A stretch of 63,421 nucleotides of DNA, counting the filler, from Sluysia triapertura (Eukaryota), in assembly GCA_046118255.1 (NCBI GenBank). It is 5 parts of 5 records of this genome, joined end to end, with 100 filler letters (N's around TTAATTAATTAA, not from the genome) between each part and the next. Parts side by side here need not be neighbours in the genome. Positions count along the whole stretch, not along the records: positions 49,262 to 63,421 come from JBJNIA010004557.1; 4 more parts are not named here. One strand, written 5' to 3'. How positions within the stretch are numbered: the first letter of the stretch is position 1; each line of letters starts with the position of its first letter. The position numbers and the translations under genes were made by a program. The notes beneath the pieces were generated by a model. It saw nothing but the letters and a program-made list of their open reading frames with translations. It was not told the DNA's origin and ran no database searches. Below, in pieces: positions 50,828 through 63,421 of this stretch.

Positions 50828-52379
50828 TAGTTAAATTGTTAAACTTCATTAGATTGTCGTATTAAATATTGAAATCCAAAACTCTTATTTTGCACTTTTT
50901 CATAATGATAATAACAAAGTAAGACATCTTTCTTTCAAGTAAACTAAACTAAAGTAAGACATCTTTCTTTCTATGCACTAAGTACAATACAAAGCTTTGT
51001 TTATAAATAATAAGTAATTAATTTCAAAAAAATTAATGAAATAATAAATATATTATATTATAATGATAGTAATAATTATTATTATAAGTTATTATGCAAC
51101 TTTAGCTTGAAGATTTTATTAAAAATTTGATGTTTCAATTATCTTTCTTAAACCTTTTAAACCTAATTTAACATAAACATTGAAACGTTTCATGTAATCT
51201 GTTATATGTCGAAGATGATTTGATAAGAAAATGTTAACATTTGAACCGATCTGTTATTATCGTCAAGTTCAGACCACTATACTACCACTGTACTATATGC
51301 GAAGTATGCAGATTAGTTTTATCGTAGTTGTGCAAGTGTAAAATCGTAAACAAATAGGAATATTCGTGTTATTATATTGGTAAGTTAGAATTATTATTTT
51401 TATTTTTATATTATATAAATATTACATAAATAAATAAATCATTTAAATTCGATTTGGGTATGCTATTTTTTGAGTCAGGTGTTTTGTTGTGAAAATTTTG
51501 TGTTTTCGCTGGAATTAAATAGGACTTGTAGAGAGGACCGCACAGGGTTAATCTATAATACTTTTGATATTTTACGAAAAAGTTATAAAATTATAATTTC
51601 AATTCAAACTTATCGCGAGTACTTTTCGTTTGGCAAAAGAAGTGGGAGTGTGGCTGAAGTAACAGTTACACTAATAATTAAGGCTTTTTTTGATTTAGGT
51701 GCACCTGATTTTATCTTATGAACATGATCAATAAATAATGACAGTCTTAAAAATCATGCATTTTCATTATCATTCTTCAGTGTTTTTTGAAATAAAATTC
51801 TATAATATTTACAATACATTTCTAATTGGGTAATCAATGTTTTATAATGCAAAACATGTCTTATTTTAGAATGTGTTTCATTATATACTATATAATAAAC
51901 ATACATAGTATAATAAATACATCTGGTTCTACCTTTATTTTATTAAAAAGCCATCGAAATTCATAACGTTACATTGTAATTTCATTCTTGTTTTTATTGT
52001 ACTACATTTAACTGAAAAATACATTATTATTAAATCATTATTAATTATAGTTTATTCCAATTAGTAATGCGATAGTAGGAATTAGACTTTGGACAAACAA
52101 CGTAACAAAATGAACAACGATACTTTTTAAAATATTGAAGATATGTATTGAAACAATATCGACAGAACACTTATTGATAAATTTCGAAACAATATTCTGA
52201 AGATTGTTTACAAAATAAATAAACTAAATATAAAACATTATTTTCTTTCAATTCATTTTTTTTGCTAAATTAAAAGGCACAAATTAATTGGACTAATGAT
52301 GATAATAATGATAATAATGTTAATGATAATAATAATAATAACAGCTCAATTATAAAAATTCATATTTTGGGACTATAAA

Positions 52380-52900
52380 ATAAAGTTTAAAATATAGTGA
52401 ATGTTTTGCAGATGAGTGAAGAGTTTTGGAGAAGTGTAATAGGTGTTGAATGTGACTTGATGAGTGTTTCTGATACAATAAAATTATCAGTAATGATTTG
52501 AGCTGCCACAACCTCACTAAAAGCGCTCTTGTAAGGCTTTTAAGAAAGTCGGATATCAAAAGTGGCCATCGTTTCAAAGTTTATCGTATTTTATCAAACA
52601 TTATAGATTGTGAAATTGTTACTTGAAGTTTTGCTATCAAAAACTAAGTTAGAACCAACTGATGATTGATTTGTTTCTCTTTATATGTCAGCAAAATCAG
52701 TTTCGCAATGACAATGAACAAATCTCCAGGACAAACGATTAGAGAAGCTGGATTATCCCTTTTTTGCATACTGGCCAAATCAATACATTTGTTAAAGATT
52801 CAATTATCTGAAAATACTTCAAAACCGAAACTATTGTTTACAAAGAAGTATTCGAATAAAATTTAGTTTATTTAATTGTATGAATTGCTTACACACGCGC
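52380..52900 (+). mobile_element. Helitron PIF1-helicase remnant
   Basis: SALVRLLRKSDIKSG..NIIDCEIVT..ISFAMTMNKSPGQTIREAGLSL; possible Rep trace (GAPDF) near 51700. Confidence 0.65.
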
Positions 52901-53107
52901 ATATCGTAGTTAATTGATTCGTATCAATTGATATCATGGATTTATGATGTTAATATATGAAAGGTTTTCAGGACTTATTACTATCTCAAAATATCTGGTA
53001 ACAAGAAACTTATGCTGCATTTTTTAGTTCCGTAGAAAATGACAGAAACTACGATAATATGGCAAATACAAATTGAAAAGTACAAAATAATTTTCAATTT
53101 ATCATAC

Positions 53108-53387
53108 CTTTTCATTAGTATTTTCAACTACACATTCTTGACCATCAAGTTTAGAAAAATCACCAGGACACCATTCCGAGGTTCCAGAACAGAATTCAGG
53201 TAAATCGCATCCAGGATGATTTCTGATTGGCAAATTGTTTTCGTATTTTCCACGACAAGTGACCCCTGACTTTTTATATTGGCATGTAGATAAATCACAA
53301 CATGATCCACTGGCACATTTAGCATTTCCGATCAATTTACATGTGCGATAATCACAACAACGACGTACTGCTTCAGGACATGTGTTT
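53108..53387 (-). CDS. ADAM disintegrin exon
   Basis: NTCPEAVRRCCDYRTCKL..CASGSCCD..CDLPEFCSGTSEWCPGD. Confidence 0.92.
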
Positions 53388-55029
53388 CTAATAATAATAA
53401 TAATGATAATAATAATAAATAATAATAATAACTCATTTCCACAATCACATTCTTCACCATTTTCTAAGATACCATTACCACATTTCGTAATTGGTGGAAT
53501 ACTTAATGGTTTTATATTCCAAGAATTTTCACTAAGAAATGCTTTCTCCAATAAATACGTACTATTATTTGGATAATTGTTAAGACATTTCAAATAACCT
53601 ATTTTTAACAATGCATTCATATCTCTTACTGAACAATCGGACCAGATCATTTTCATGTCATTATATCTGAAAAAATAAAAAACGTATCATTGAAATTAAT
53701 TACTTCCTTATAGTAGTATGTTTTCTAAAATTTATTTCTAAGAATAACCTCTCAAATTTAAAAAAACAATGAGCTTAGTGAAATGGTTCGATCAGTCTAT
53801 CTGTTAGAATTGTATTAGAGTGATTGAAACCTCTACATAACAAACACTTCATTTTATGAAAAAGTGTAATTAACGCTTCAAGAATATATAAATAAAATCA
53901 AAAAACATTTTGTTTTAATATTAAATTTTATTAAAATTTACTTCACAATCTTCAACCCTTAAATGAAAGTACGGAACAATCAGAAAAGAGTAGGAAAAGA
54001 TACACTATTGACCAAAGAGATATGGCAACAAAATTCTCAAAAATGAAGTGGATATTATAAATAAAAATGAGTTTAAAAATGCAAAGAGTTTACGAAAACT
54101 TCACTTTAAAAATTGATCGCTTAGTGTATGAGTGATTTGTTAAGAAAAGACACAAAAACTTCATTATATCTGGCGATATGTTCCAGACTATGGCACTACG
54201 AATTTCAACGAAAATGAGTAAGGGTACTTTTAAAGCTTCAAATGGATGGCTTGAACATGTTTCAAAAGTAGACATAATATAAGCTCAAAAGTTATTTCAG
54301 AAGTCTTAGTGGATCAAGCATTAGTAGACAATTTCAAAATATAAATACGACAGCTCATTTTTGTTTGTTTATTAGATTGTTTGTTATTTCTTTTAACGAC
54401 CAAATTCAATAACTTCCAATGTAACAAGATTCAAATGATACTACAGTTTCAGAGAGAAATATTTACCAAATAGACAATGATGAATTCGTTTTTTGAAAAT
54501 GTGAAAACTATTGACAGATTTTAGCAAGTTTTTGATGAAATATTAAAATAGTGATTGGTTAAATTTTTTAGTGAGTAAGACTTGACGAATATATCGTTAG
54601 CAGAAATTTTCGTAGAGTTTTTTGATCTATTAAATAATTGTTTTAATCTATTAAATAAAAATTAGAATATATTAAAATAAATAAACAAACAATTACATAC
54701 AATATTATTTTTCTAGTTGTAGAGTGAAATAAACAACCACGCATTTTTCTATAGAAACCAGCAGAATGCTCAGGTTCACCAAACTTTCTAAGCTCATTTT
54801 CATTAGAAGCCTTGCTTCGAATTGCAAAATAATTCCTTACGTGTCATCATTATTTTTCTGCTATTTGCTAAATTGTCATTAATATTATCCTATCTACCAA
54901 TTGCATTAGTTATCTGGCTTTGATTTATTTCTGCATTTTGTTTCGTTTCTCTTGAATTGGCGAATGCAATTTTAGGAAAATAAAAAACTAGAATTTTGGA
55001 AGCAATCAAAATAAAGTGAGCAACAAATA

Positions 55030-55082
<53 letters not shown>

Positions 55083-58000
55083 TAACTCTTATTTATTGAT
55101 TGTAAATATGATTTAATAGATCGAAAAACCCTATAATATTAATTGTAAACGTCGTAGACTTGATCAATGTAAATAGCCGAACACACTAATAATAATAACT
55201 AACGTAATGCCAGTGGACATTATACAATCAATACAATTACATTCTTCTGTATCATGTTTAAGACCAAATGTGTGACCTATTTCATGAACCACAGTTCGAG
55301 CCGTATCTAAAACAGTTAGATATTTGTTGTCCTAAATTAAATTTAATTGCATAAGACAACTAAAAATACAAATCTATATCTATCAACAAATATGATAAGA
55401 TCTGTAAGAATAGCTAGAATATTATATAAAGGTGACTTAATATTCGCATAAGAAATACGCAAATACAAACTAATTATATTATATTATATTATATTAATGA
55501 AAAATGACTATTTGTCCCTTTTCATAAGTACAAACCGTCTTTAAGCATTGTATGTAAGATTTTCAAATAAGTGTATGCAATTAGAATTATATAAAATAAA
55601 TTGACCAATTAAAATTGAATAATTTGTTTTTGTATTTTTACCATTTTGGTATGTTTGGTACACATTTGTACTACTTACGATCACTGAATCGTACTTAAAT
55701 TATTAAGCGACTGTTAGGACTGTACCACACCGTAATTATATTCTTTCCCATATAATATTAGAGTTTTTCAGCAGATTTATGCTTACATTTGGCAACATTA
55801 TTATTGACATTATTGACATTATTACAGTGTTATTATAAATTTATTTGCAATTCCAAGTGTTTTTTAAAATAATCATATTTCTAAACACTTGGCAAAAGCA
55901 GATAATTTGTTACACATATTTTTTACTATGCATCATATTGAGTGGTGCTAAGGAAAAATAAAACATAATTTATCTTTACATTTATTTGCTGTAATTTTTG
56001 GTATCAATTCTATGAAAAATATGCTGATTGTTTGTTTTGTTTTATTTTATTGAAACGTTTCTAGGAGTCATTTGAGTCATTTAAGCATGTTCATAAAGTC
56101 CAAAATCAAAATTTATGAAAATTGGAAGCTTAGCAAATTTTGTAAATGGTTCCCATTTACTTTCATGTTGGTGAGAAAGAAAAACCTTATTCCAAGTATC
56201 CGAATTCAATTCAGACAAAGCATGGATCAATGAGTTCACAGTTTCACAGGCCGATTCTTGCTGCAAAGAGCTTAACCCTTTCAATACGACTTTTGGCCAG
56301 TGAAGATATTTCTGTATTATTGTACTAAATGTGCTGTAAATAAGTAATGGAGCATGTTTACATAATTTCAGACTTTAAGAAAATATAAATATCCCCGTAG
56401 TATTGAAAGGGTTAAATCTAAGATGTTTATCTTGTTTTACATTTATTGAGGCTTGCTTCAATTTAATTGTCATGTGCTTTTTGCCGAAAACCTCACTATA
56501 AAAAGTGTTTTCGAAAGTGGTTACTTTTAAAATTCGAAATCGGACACTTATTTCAGACACTTAATATGTGAATTGAATACATTATTATAGAGGCATTATT
56601 AAAACTCAAATCCAGTATTGTGTGGAATTGTAAATTGTATTTGTATTACAGTTTGATAATTAACATATTCTATGCGGGCTATTTTACTCTAATCCAAGCT
56701 GAAAAGCGGGAGTGATTTTTGATTATTTATAATTTCTAACGGTTCCGCGATACTATGTGCAGAACGTGTTACCTTGTTTCCCGCAGAAAATGTTTTTTAT
56801 ATAACTCATTTTTTCTTGTGTCATAATTATTTTTATTTTCATATTTTCATATTTTTCGCACAATTTGCTTATCCTACATATCCTAAATTTTATAATCTTA
56901 ATATTATTCGCACATTTGAAACATTTTCACTCAATGTCTTCGTGATAAAAGTAAAAGAAATTGTGATACTGCCAACAATATGTTACCATTATTCTATTAG
57001 ACGACATATTTGAAAAGACTCATAATTTACATGTCACAATGACATTCCTTTCTAATGATTTTAATGCTGTTGTGGTCGTAAAGAAAGCATTTTGTTACCT
57101 GTTCACTCGTTGCTGTGTTAAAAAATCTGACCAAAAAGGCAGTTTTGATACATCAAACATAATTTATTAATGATCAAATGTATATAATACATCAAAATGC
57201 AAATTAACAATATAATTATCCCTATATATATGTCATTTGAATATAACATATGTACAAAACATAGATATTTATGGTTACCATGGTTGCACATAGAACCCCA
57301 ACTCTGATTAAAAAAAATTTTCAAAAACCTTCCCGGGGATATAATTTGCCAAAGTTGGATGTATAGTTTTTGAATCTATCGAGTACAGACAGGCAGACAT
57401 TAATTTCTCTTTGATATAATATTTTAATGAAATGTAAATCTTACTTACTTGAACAACAGCTGTACATTTCATTGGACTACATATTGAATTTGCATTTGCT
57501 TCTCCCACTCCATTTTTCATCCTTGCATCACTTCTGCAAATTAGTAAATTAATGTTTAATTTTTTGTGATTTAAAAAAACTAGTTTAATTAATTAATTCA
57601 TTTTTCTAAAAATATAAACAAACAAACATCATTAAATTTTTTTAATTCTACTTTTGTTCTATAACTTTATTTATGTAGAATTAATAATTTATCTCTGCAT
57701 TCCCCGAAAATAAGACAGGGCTTATATTAATTTTCACTCCAAAATATAACACTAGGGCTTATTTTTGGGGGGTGTCCTATTTTCATATATCGAAAAGAAA
57801 AATTATGCAACCTCTAAATATACAAAAAACCGATCTACATTTACTAATAAATTTACTTGATAATACGAACATACAAAAATATAATAAACATTTATACAAC
57901 AAAGATTTTTCAAATTACTATTTTTCTGCAGCATGTACTTTTCTTAAAAATTCATCGTTATCCTTAATAATGTTTGTAAATTCTTCACAAGATTTTGAAA

Positions 58001-59564
58001 TATTGCACTTTACAATAACCATTACTTTCAATGTGTCCAGTTTTAAAGTGCATTTTTAATTTCAACATTCTAAAAAATATAACTGATTAATCCGCGACAA
58101 ATCGGGACAATGATAAAATCCAGGATATCTGGTCACTCTAAATATGTATGTAATAAAAATTAACAAAAACTATTATAATCCTTCATCTATTCTTGCCATT
58201 TACTACTTCAATTAGTTACTGACTAATCATAAGCAATACAACTTTTGTAAACAATATAAAAATATTAATTTAATTTTTGTACCGATAATTCGATTAACCT
58301 TTTACATTTCCATCATAATGTTAAAATTAAGTAATATTTATAAAATTTATTTTTCCCAATAAAATAATTACATTTTAATAAAATGATACAATTACATATA
58401 CAATTACAAATAAATTCATGTAATGTACTAATGGATTATTTTAAAAAAGTATTTTATTCACAATAACAATACAATTTTCATTTCATTATGTTTTATAAAA
58501 ATAATACATTATTAAAATCTGTCATTATTTAACCAACTTTAATATGCGTAACTGAAGTTATAAAGTGTAGAATTTACTTTAAAAATTCGATAATATTTTT
58601 GATAATAGATCTTTGTTGGTCACGTTTCGGAAGCATGAGTAATTTATTTTATTTACTCTAGACTTGTTCAAGCAAATGTGATATCAGGACATCTTTATAT
58701 ACGATCTTAGCATACGATCAAAAGGAACAAATTTTCAATACTTAACTTTCAACTTCTTTTGGAACTGTGTAAAACGAGAGATAAGTGTATTTCTAAGCAC
58801 TTAAAAGAAAACTTTTAAGATTATATTAAAATGCATTATGTTCGTAGGGTTTTTTTACAATTATCAAAAATGCATACTGATCAAGAATAAAAACCATGCA
58901 AAAAATTCCAGATAACAACAAATATCTCAGTCTCAATCGGTGAGATATTCTCCGCCACAATCGATCACTTCTTTACACCGTTCTGGTAGTTTGTCAATCC
59001 AACGTTTATTGAAGCTTCGTCGAAAAATTATTCAATCCACGTTTTTATTGCTTCTTCGTTTTCAAATGTGATGGTTCGACATTGAGTGGAAAAGATATTG
59101 GAATAGATGTCAGAAATGTTCATTTTTAGCTACCTGACACTCCATTTTAATGAGGGTAATGAAAGTGAAAGTTAGTCTAAAATAATTAAGCTTAATGAAT
59201 ACAACTCAAATAAGTTAAAACAAGAAGTTGGTATGTTTTCTTTGAAACAAATATTTTATAAAACATACTTATTATATAAAAGAAAATAAAGCAATTAAAA
59301 TTAGTCGTAGCAGAATTCCTTGGCAACACTGCTTCCACCAATAACAGCAACTATACATAAAAACAATAGTAACTAACACAAGACCAATAACACAGTTATG
59401 CTTCGTTGTTATTTTATTTTGTTTATAATTCGTTAAAGTGAAAAGATAATCATTTTGTTGGATATATCTATTAAAATTGGTCTTCCAAATTTCTATTTGT
59501 ACTACCATAAAATAAATATTAAATTGACTGAAGGCCTGCAAAATTAAAACAAATGTCACCAATG

Positions 59565-59621
<57 letters not shown>

Positions 59622-61864
59622 TCGAAGTTCTTTTATATTTATTAGTCAAAAAATGTTAGCAGCTTTTTATTAAAAAATGTGAATAAAATATCTCGAATAT
59701 TAATGAAGATTTATGTTGCATCCATACATTATCTAGTATTCGAGATTTAGTAAAGAATTCTAATTTAATAATAATAATAATAATAATCACACTTTCAATA
59801 ATAATTATTCAAATCTATGAAAGTAATTATGCATTATACACTAATGTTACATTGTTTATAACCATGCACATAAAAATGTTATTATGTAAACAATTTGTAT
59901 ATATTTGTTTCAATTTTCAATTATTAAGTTTTGTAATGAAACTAATTTTCAATATTATGCTTGATGCACACCCATTACATCAGGATATTGTATTAGAATT
60001 CAATAATTAAACGAAAATATTAACATTTCAATAATTGTTTCACTACAACATTTACATATATCAGGGGTGGCCAAGTTCCTTGACAGTTAGAACCATTTTT
60101 AAAAATTTGAAATTTTCGCGAGCCGCAATTAAATACGCATTAAAAAAATTTTTTTCTATGAGTCATAGCATTCTTAACTTGCACGGAAATGAAATTTGTT
60201 ACAACGCTACACTTAATCTTTCATATTTGTTGTCAGTAATTTAAAAATACTTTGAAACATACGGAAACTATAATAATTTTTTAAAATATAGCAACACAAA
60301 AATGAAAAGGGAACTCGGGTACCTTTACTGAGAGCCACAAATAATCCTTCAGAGCCTCAGTTTGGCCACCCCTGATATATATTTGTCTGAATTCTTTATT
60401 ATTTTATAACACTACAGCATCCTAGTTTTGAAAAAATTTATAAAAATCGGCATTAAACTTTTTTTCAAAATCCAAACACATTTCTAGATGCACTGAAAAC
60501 GACAATATAATTGCTATATATTCGATTTCAGGTTAACGTATTGGCTAATAAAAATTATTTCCAGTAGTATCGTTAAAATTCGTATTGATAATTATTGATA
60601 AGATTATGTGAATTGATGATTTTTGGATATTGACTCACCACAACATATTAGGCCATTGATAATAAAATGATCAATTGATTGATGGATTTATGTCCCAAAT
60701 TATGTTATATAAAACTCTCAAAATTAATATAATAGGGTAAATTATAAAGAAATACTTTTATTGAGTAGTATTCGCATCCAAAGTTGATGATACTCGTTTT
60801 ATATGATTACCCTCCTTAAATCTTCGAAGGAGTGTCGACTAAGAACCACGAATTATACTTCGACGATTAAGAGGAATACCTCTAATTTTGTTTAAATTGG
60901 CGGAATAATCTTTGCGTTTTCGACTACATTTCTTTTTATTTGATGACACATCTGCAGTAACTTTTCCTTCTTCGTATTGTTTTTTAGCTCTTTGGCATAT
61001 TTTATGAACAGTCAATCCAGAAACTGTTTGTTTTGATTTGATACTCGTTCTGTGAACAGGGCTATGCTTTGAATTCATATCTTTTTAATTTAAAACACTT
61101 AATTATCATTGGCAATATTGAAAATATTTATGAAACAGAAATAAAGCCATCTACTGGTACACAAGAACACTTAATCCTAAATAATATACACTTATAAAAA
61201 CCTATTATTTTATTTAAACATTCACAATCATAACGTTTTTATGTAAATGTATACCATATTTTGGGACAAAGTGAGTATAAATTTATTTGTTGTTTAAATT
61301 TTGTCATCATTTTCAGACGACCAAAGTGAATTTGAAATAGTGTAAGTTGCAAAGAAAGTCGTACAAGAATCAGTACTGAAAACTGTGTTGAATCTGATGC
61401 AACCCTTGTTTTAAGAAAAAATAACAAGAAACGATTGGTTGATATCTTATGACTAATAATAGGAGGGAAAAAGTGTGGATTTTTAATTTTATCAATTATG
61501 TGAATGGAAAATAAAATTAATGACAATATTTATGAAATTTATTTCACTATTTCATTAAGTAATGCTACTCTTAATACTCTTTAATAAGTTTAGAAAGTCG
61601 GTTTATTGTCAGAAAATATAAAGCATTACCAAAATAGAAAACTAATATTAAAAGCAATATTATATGCACACAAACTTGGGAAGTACAATTAAAATATAAT
61701 AAAATTCACAGTTGAATTTATTTACATAATTATTCTGGCCTAATTGCACGACTAAATGGCAACTCTGTTATGGTAACCTTTGAATACAATGACTGTTTGA
61801 GGTTTTGAAGTAACTATACTTTGATGGTAATAATAATAATAATGAAATAATAATAATAATAATG

Positions 61865-61914
<50 letters not shown>

Positions 61915-62342
61915 CTAACCAAGTTAAGCTGATTGATAATAATTGAAATTCTATCAAAAAGATTCTTATATGGAGTATTTCCACCTTGATATAGAGACCC
62001 CTGAATATTACGTGAATGTGATTAATTGAATTTTTCTCAAGTTTCCACAAGCATTCTTAACTCATATAAATTAAAAATACAATTTTTGGATTAATTTTTA
62101 TTCTACCGAAGAGGATATGTTTGAATGATACACGTACGACATGAGATTAAAATAAATAATTTTAATAATAAACTAGCTACTTATGAATAATGAATAGTTT
62201 ATAATATGGAAAATTAAAATTTATTTCAATACAGAATTATACACGATTATTGTTATCACGACATGGTTAAATAATCAACTCTGATGGATGTATATAATCT
62301 GTGCCAACTTTTGTTAAATTATATAATAAAAATAAAAATAAA

Positions 62343-62399
<57 letters not shown>

Positions 62400-62493
62400 T
62401 AACCAATCCTGCTTCTACAATAATGTATAAATCTACAATAAATGGTCCTGGATATTTGTGATGGATTGGAAATTGGAGCGAACGTTTAGATCT
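53108..62493 (-). CDS. ADAM metalloprotease-disintegrin, partial; join 62493-62404, 62000-61920, 59535-59378, 57533-57449, 55331-55204, 53666-53433, 53387-53108
   Basis: GT-AG junctions with consistent phases. Furin site RSKR, zinc motif HEIGHTFGLKH, Met-turn CIM, WSDCS, CGNGILENGEECDCG, disintegrin CASGSCC..CDLPEFCSG. Paralog not assignable. Confidence 0.92.
53433..53666 (-). CDS. ADAM exon (protease end / disintegrin start)
   Basis: WSDCSVRDM..CLNNYP..CGNGILENGEECDCG. Confidence 0.9.
53825..54360 (+). mobile_element. Tigger/pogo remnant
   Basis: GAAACCTCTACATAACAAACAC end-like sequence; ISGDMFQTMALRIS..FKASNGWLE (CENP-B HTH). Confidence 0.7.
55204..55331 (-). CDS. ADAM catalytic exon
   Basis: DNKYLTVLDTARTVVHEIGHTFGLKHDTEECNCIDCIMSTGI; absent from the ORF track. 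Confidence 0.93.
56276..56411. mobile_element. 136-bp piggyBac-type MITE
   Basis: TTAA TSD on both sides; TIR CCCTTTCAATAC(G/T)AC, 14/15. Confidence 0.85.
57449..57533 (-). CDS. ADAM exon
   Basis: SDARMKNGVGEANANSICSPMKCTAVVQ|gtaagt. Confidence 0.85.
57695..57860 (+). mobile_element. Partial copy of the 45967-46483 Tc1/mariner-type repeat
   Basis: TTCCCCGAAAATAAGACAGGGCTTATATTAATTTTCAC shared with about 45973-46010. Confidence 0.7.
58830..59255 (-). mobile_element. Second copy of the deleted mariner (inverted relative to 50387-50827)
   Basis: Long collinear similarity, including CTTTCACTTTCATTACCCTCATTAAAATGGA and GATTGTGGCGGAGAATATCTCACCGA. Confidence 0.85.
59378..59535 (-). CDS. ADAM exon
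   Basis: AFSQFNIYFMVVQIEIWKT..HNCVIGLV (reprolysin IEIW motif). Confidence 0.85.
60062..60374. mobile_element. 313-bp hAT MITE
   Basis: TIR CAGGGGTGGCCAA / TTGGCCACCCCTG; TSD ACATATAT / ATATATAT (7/8). Confidence 0.88.
60790..61078 (-). mobile_element. DD39D-type (plant-like) mariner transposase N-terminal remnant
   Basis: TVHKICQRAK..ADVSSNKKKCSRKRK..IPLNRRSIIR..STLLRRFKEG resembles the VSS.KK..CGRK / IPL..R.TIR / STL.R.LKEG pattern. Confidence 0.55.
61920..62000 (-). CDS. ADAM exon
   Basis: GSLYQGGNTPYKNLFDRISIIINQLNL; phase 0-0, AG/GT ends. Confidence 0.75.
62404..62493 (-). CDS. ADAM exon with furin site
   Basis: RSKRSLQFPIHHKYPGPFIVDLYIIVEAGL; AG/GT ends. Confidence 0.8.
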
Positions 62494-63421
62494 CTAAAAA
62501 TAACAATAATTATGATTGCTTAAAATGAATAACCTTATTAATGATTTGTTAAACACATATTTACTAAGTGAGAAAAAAGATATCACACAATCCCATCAAA
62601 TTGAACTTATTTGACGCATACTGAAAAGCAAAAACACACGGACATCGTAACACAACTAACAGTTTGTTTGATAAAAAGTTAATCAACAGTTATGTATTGA
62701 AATATTAGAAATTTATAATTTAAAATACATTAAAACAAACATTTAGTGAAATACAATTGCAAAAACGTATATCTCATATCAAGAAAATATATTACAACTT
62801 CATCGTTATTGTTATCTTGAACTTTTTGATTTATATAAGCTTGATTTTTCCGATAATCCGAAAGATCATGGTGGCCAGTTCATATTTTTTAATATTATCA
62901 TTATAATTCTCTGATTCCGGTAACACTCTTATCGGAAATATCTTGAAAGAAAAAATTACTAATAAAAAATTCTTCTAGATCAGAAAATGTATATTGTTAT
63001 AAAATGATTGCTTATTAAATTAAAAATATCACAATGGAGCTTTGATTTTGAATTATTTTATTAAGACATAAGGATATTAGTTGAAGGAATAAATTTCTAC
63101 ACTTGCGAAATTAATTAAATTAAATAATTATCTTTAAAATTCCTAAAATCATTCATGGAAAACATTTTATAAATTATTAACACCCATACATTGTATATTT
63201 TCGTTGATAAACACGGTGCTAAATGAAAATAAAATTAATTACTGTTGACATAGTGACTTGAAAGAGATAATTAATCATTATTATCCATTGTTAGACACTT
63301 CGAAAAATGATATATTATTATTAATTTTATAAATAAATAATTTTATATTGGGTTGAGGAATAATTCATGAGCGTTTTTTTTCAAATTTATTTTAAACAAA
63401 AAAACTACAACGATTTAATCA

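Noticed and set aside
61814-62050. Poly-Tyr ORF (and poly-Leu/Ile ORFs such as 30546-30851)
   Set aside because: Microsatellite translation; the real ADAM exon at 61920-62000 is in another frame.
62797-62941. Candidate ADAM prodomain exon (IFPIRVLPESENYNDNIKKY.. / TGHHDLSDYRKNQ..)
   Set aside because: No single frame is open across it; it needs a frameshift and cannot be confirmed.
1-63421. CRISPR array, rRNA or prokaryotic operon
   Set aside because: No repeat-spacer array or rRNA; the sequence is spliced eukaryotic DNA.

Overview
Very AT-rich animal genomic DNA with many (AAT)n microsatellites, short GT-AG introns and dense decayed transposons. A planarian (Dugesiidae-like) origin is my inference. 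Four identical 100-bp spacers (N44-TTAATTAATTAA-N44 at 12566, 23733, 36768, 49162) show the window is five contigs of about 11-14 kb joined artificially, so adjacency across them means nothing. Host genes: the 5' half of an adenylyl cyclase 9-like gene (+, 6 exons, 38013-48097); a catalytically intact ADAM metalloprotease-disintegrin (-, 7 exons, 53108-62493); a DUF1330-like gene with one frameshift (-, 7437-9322); and a decayed STAG/Scc3 cohesin pseudogene antisense inside ADCY9 intron 1. The most striking object is a decayed LTR-retroelement body (14111-18500) reading gag with a CCHC knuckle, a long charged region, a Bcl-2-family domain (BH4/BH3/BH1/BH2), then a chuvirus-type glycoprotein (env). 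No pol is visible, and convergent antisense ORFs follow. Also notable is an RLE-type (NeSL/Utopia-like) non-LTR element inserted, with a ~15-bp target duplication, across the anticodon of a tRNA-Cys-like sequence that itself interrupts a Helitron helicase remnant. All family calls come from manual translation and motif recognition, not database searches.
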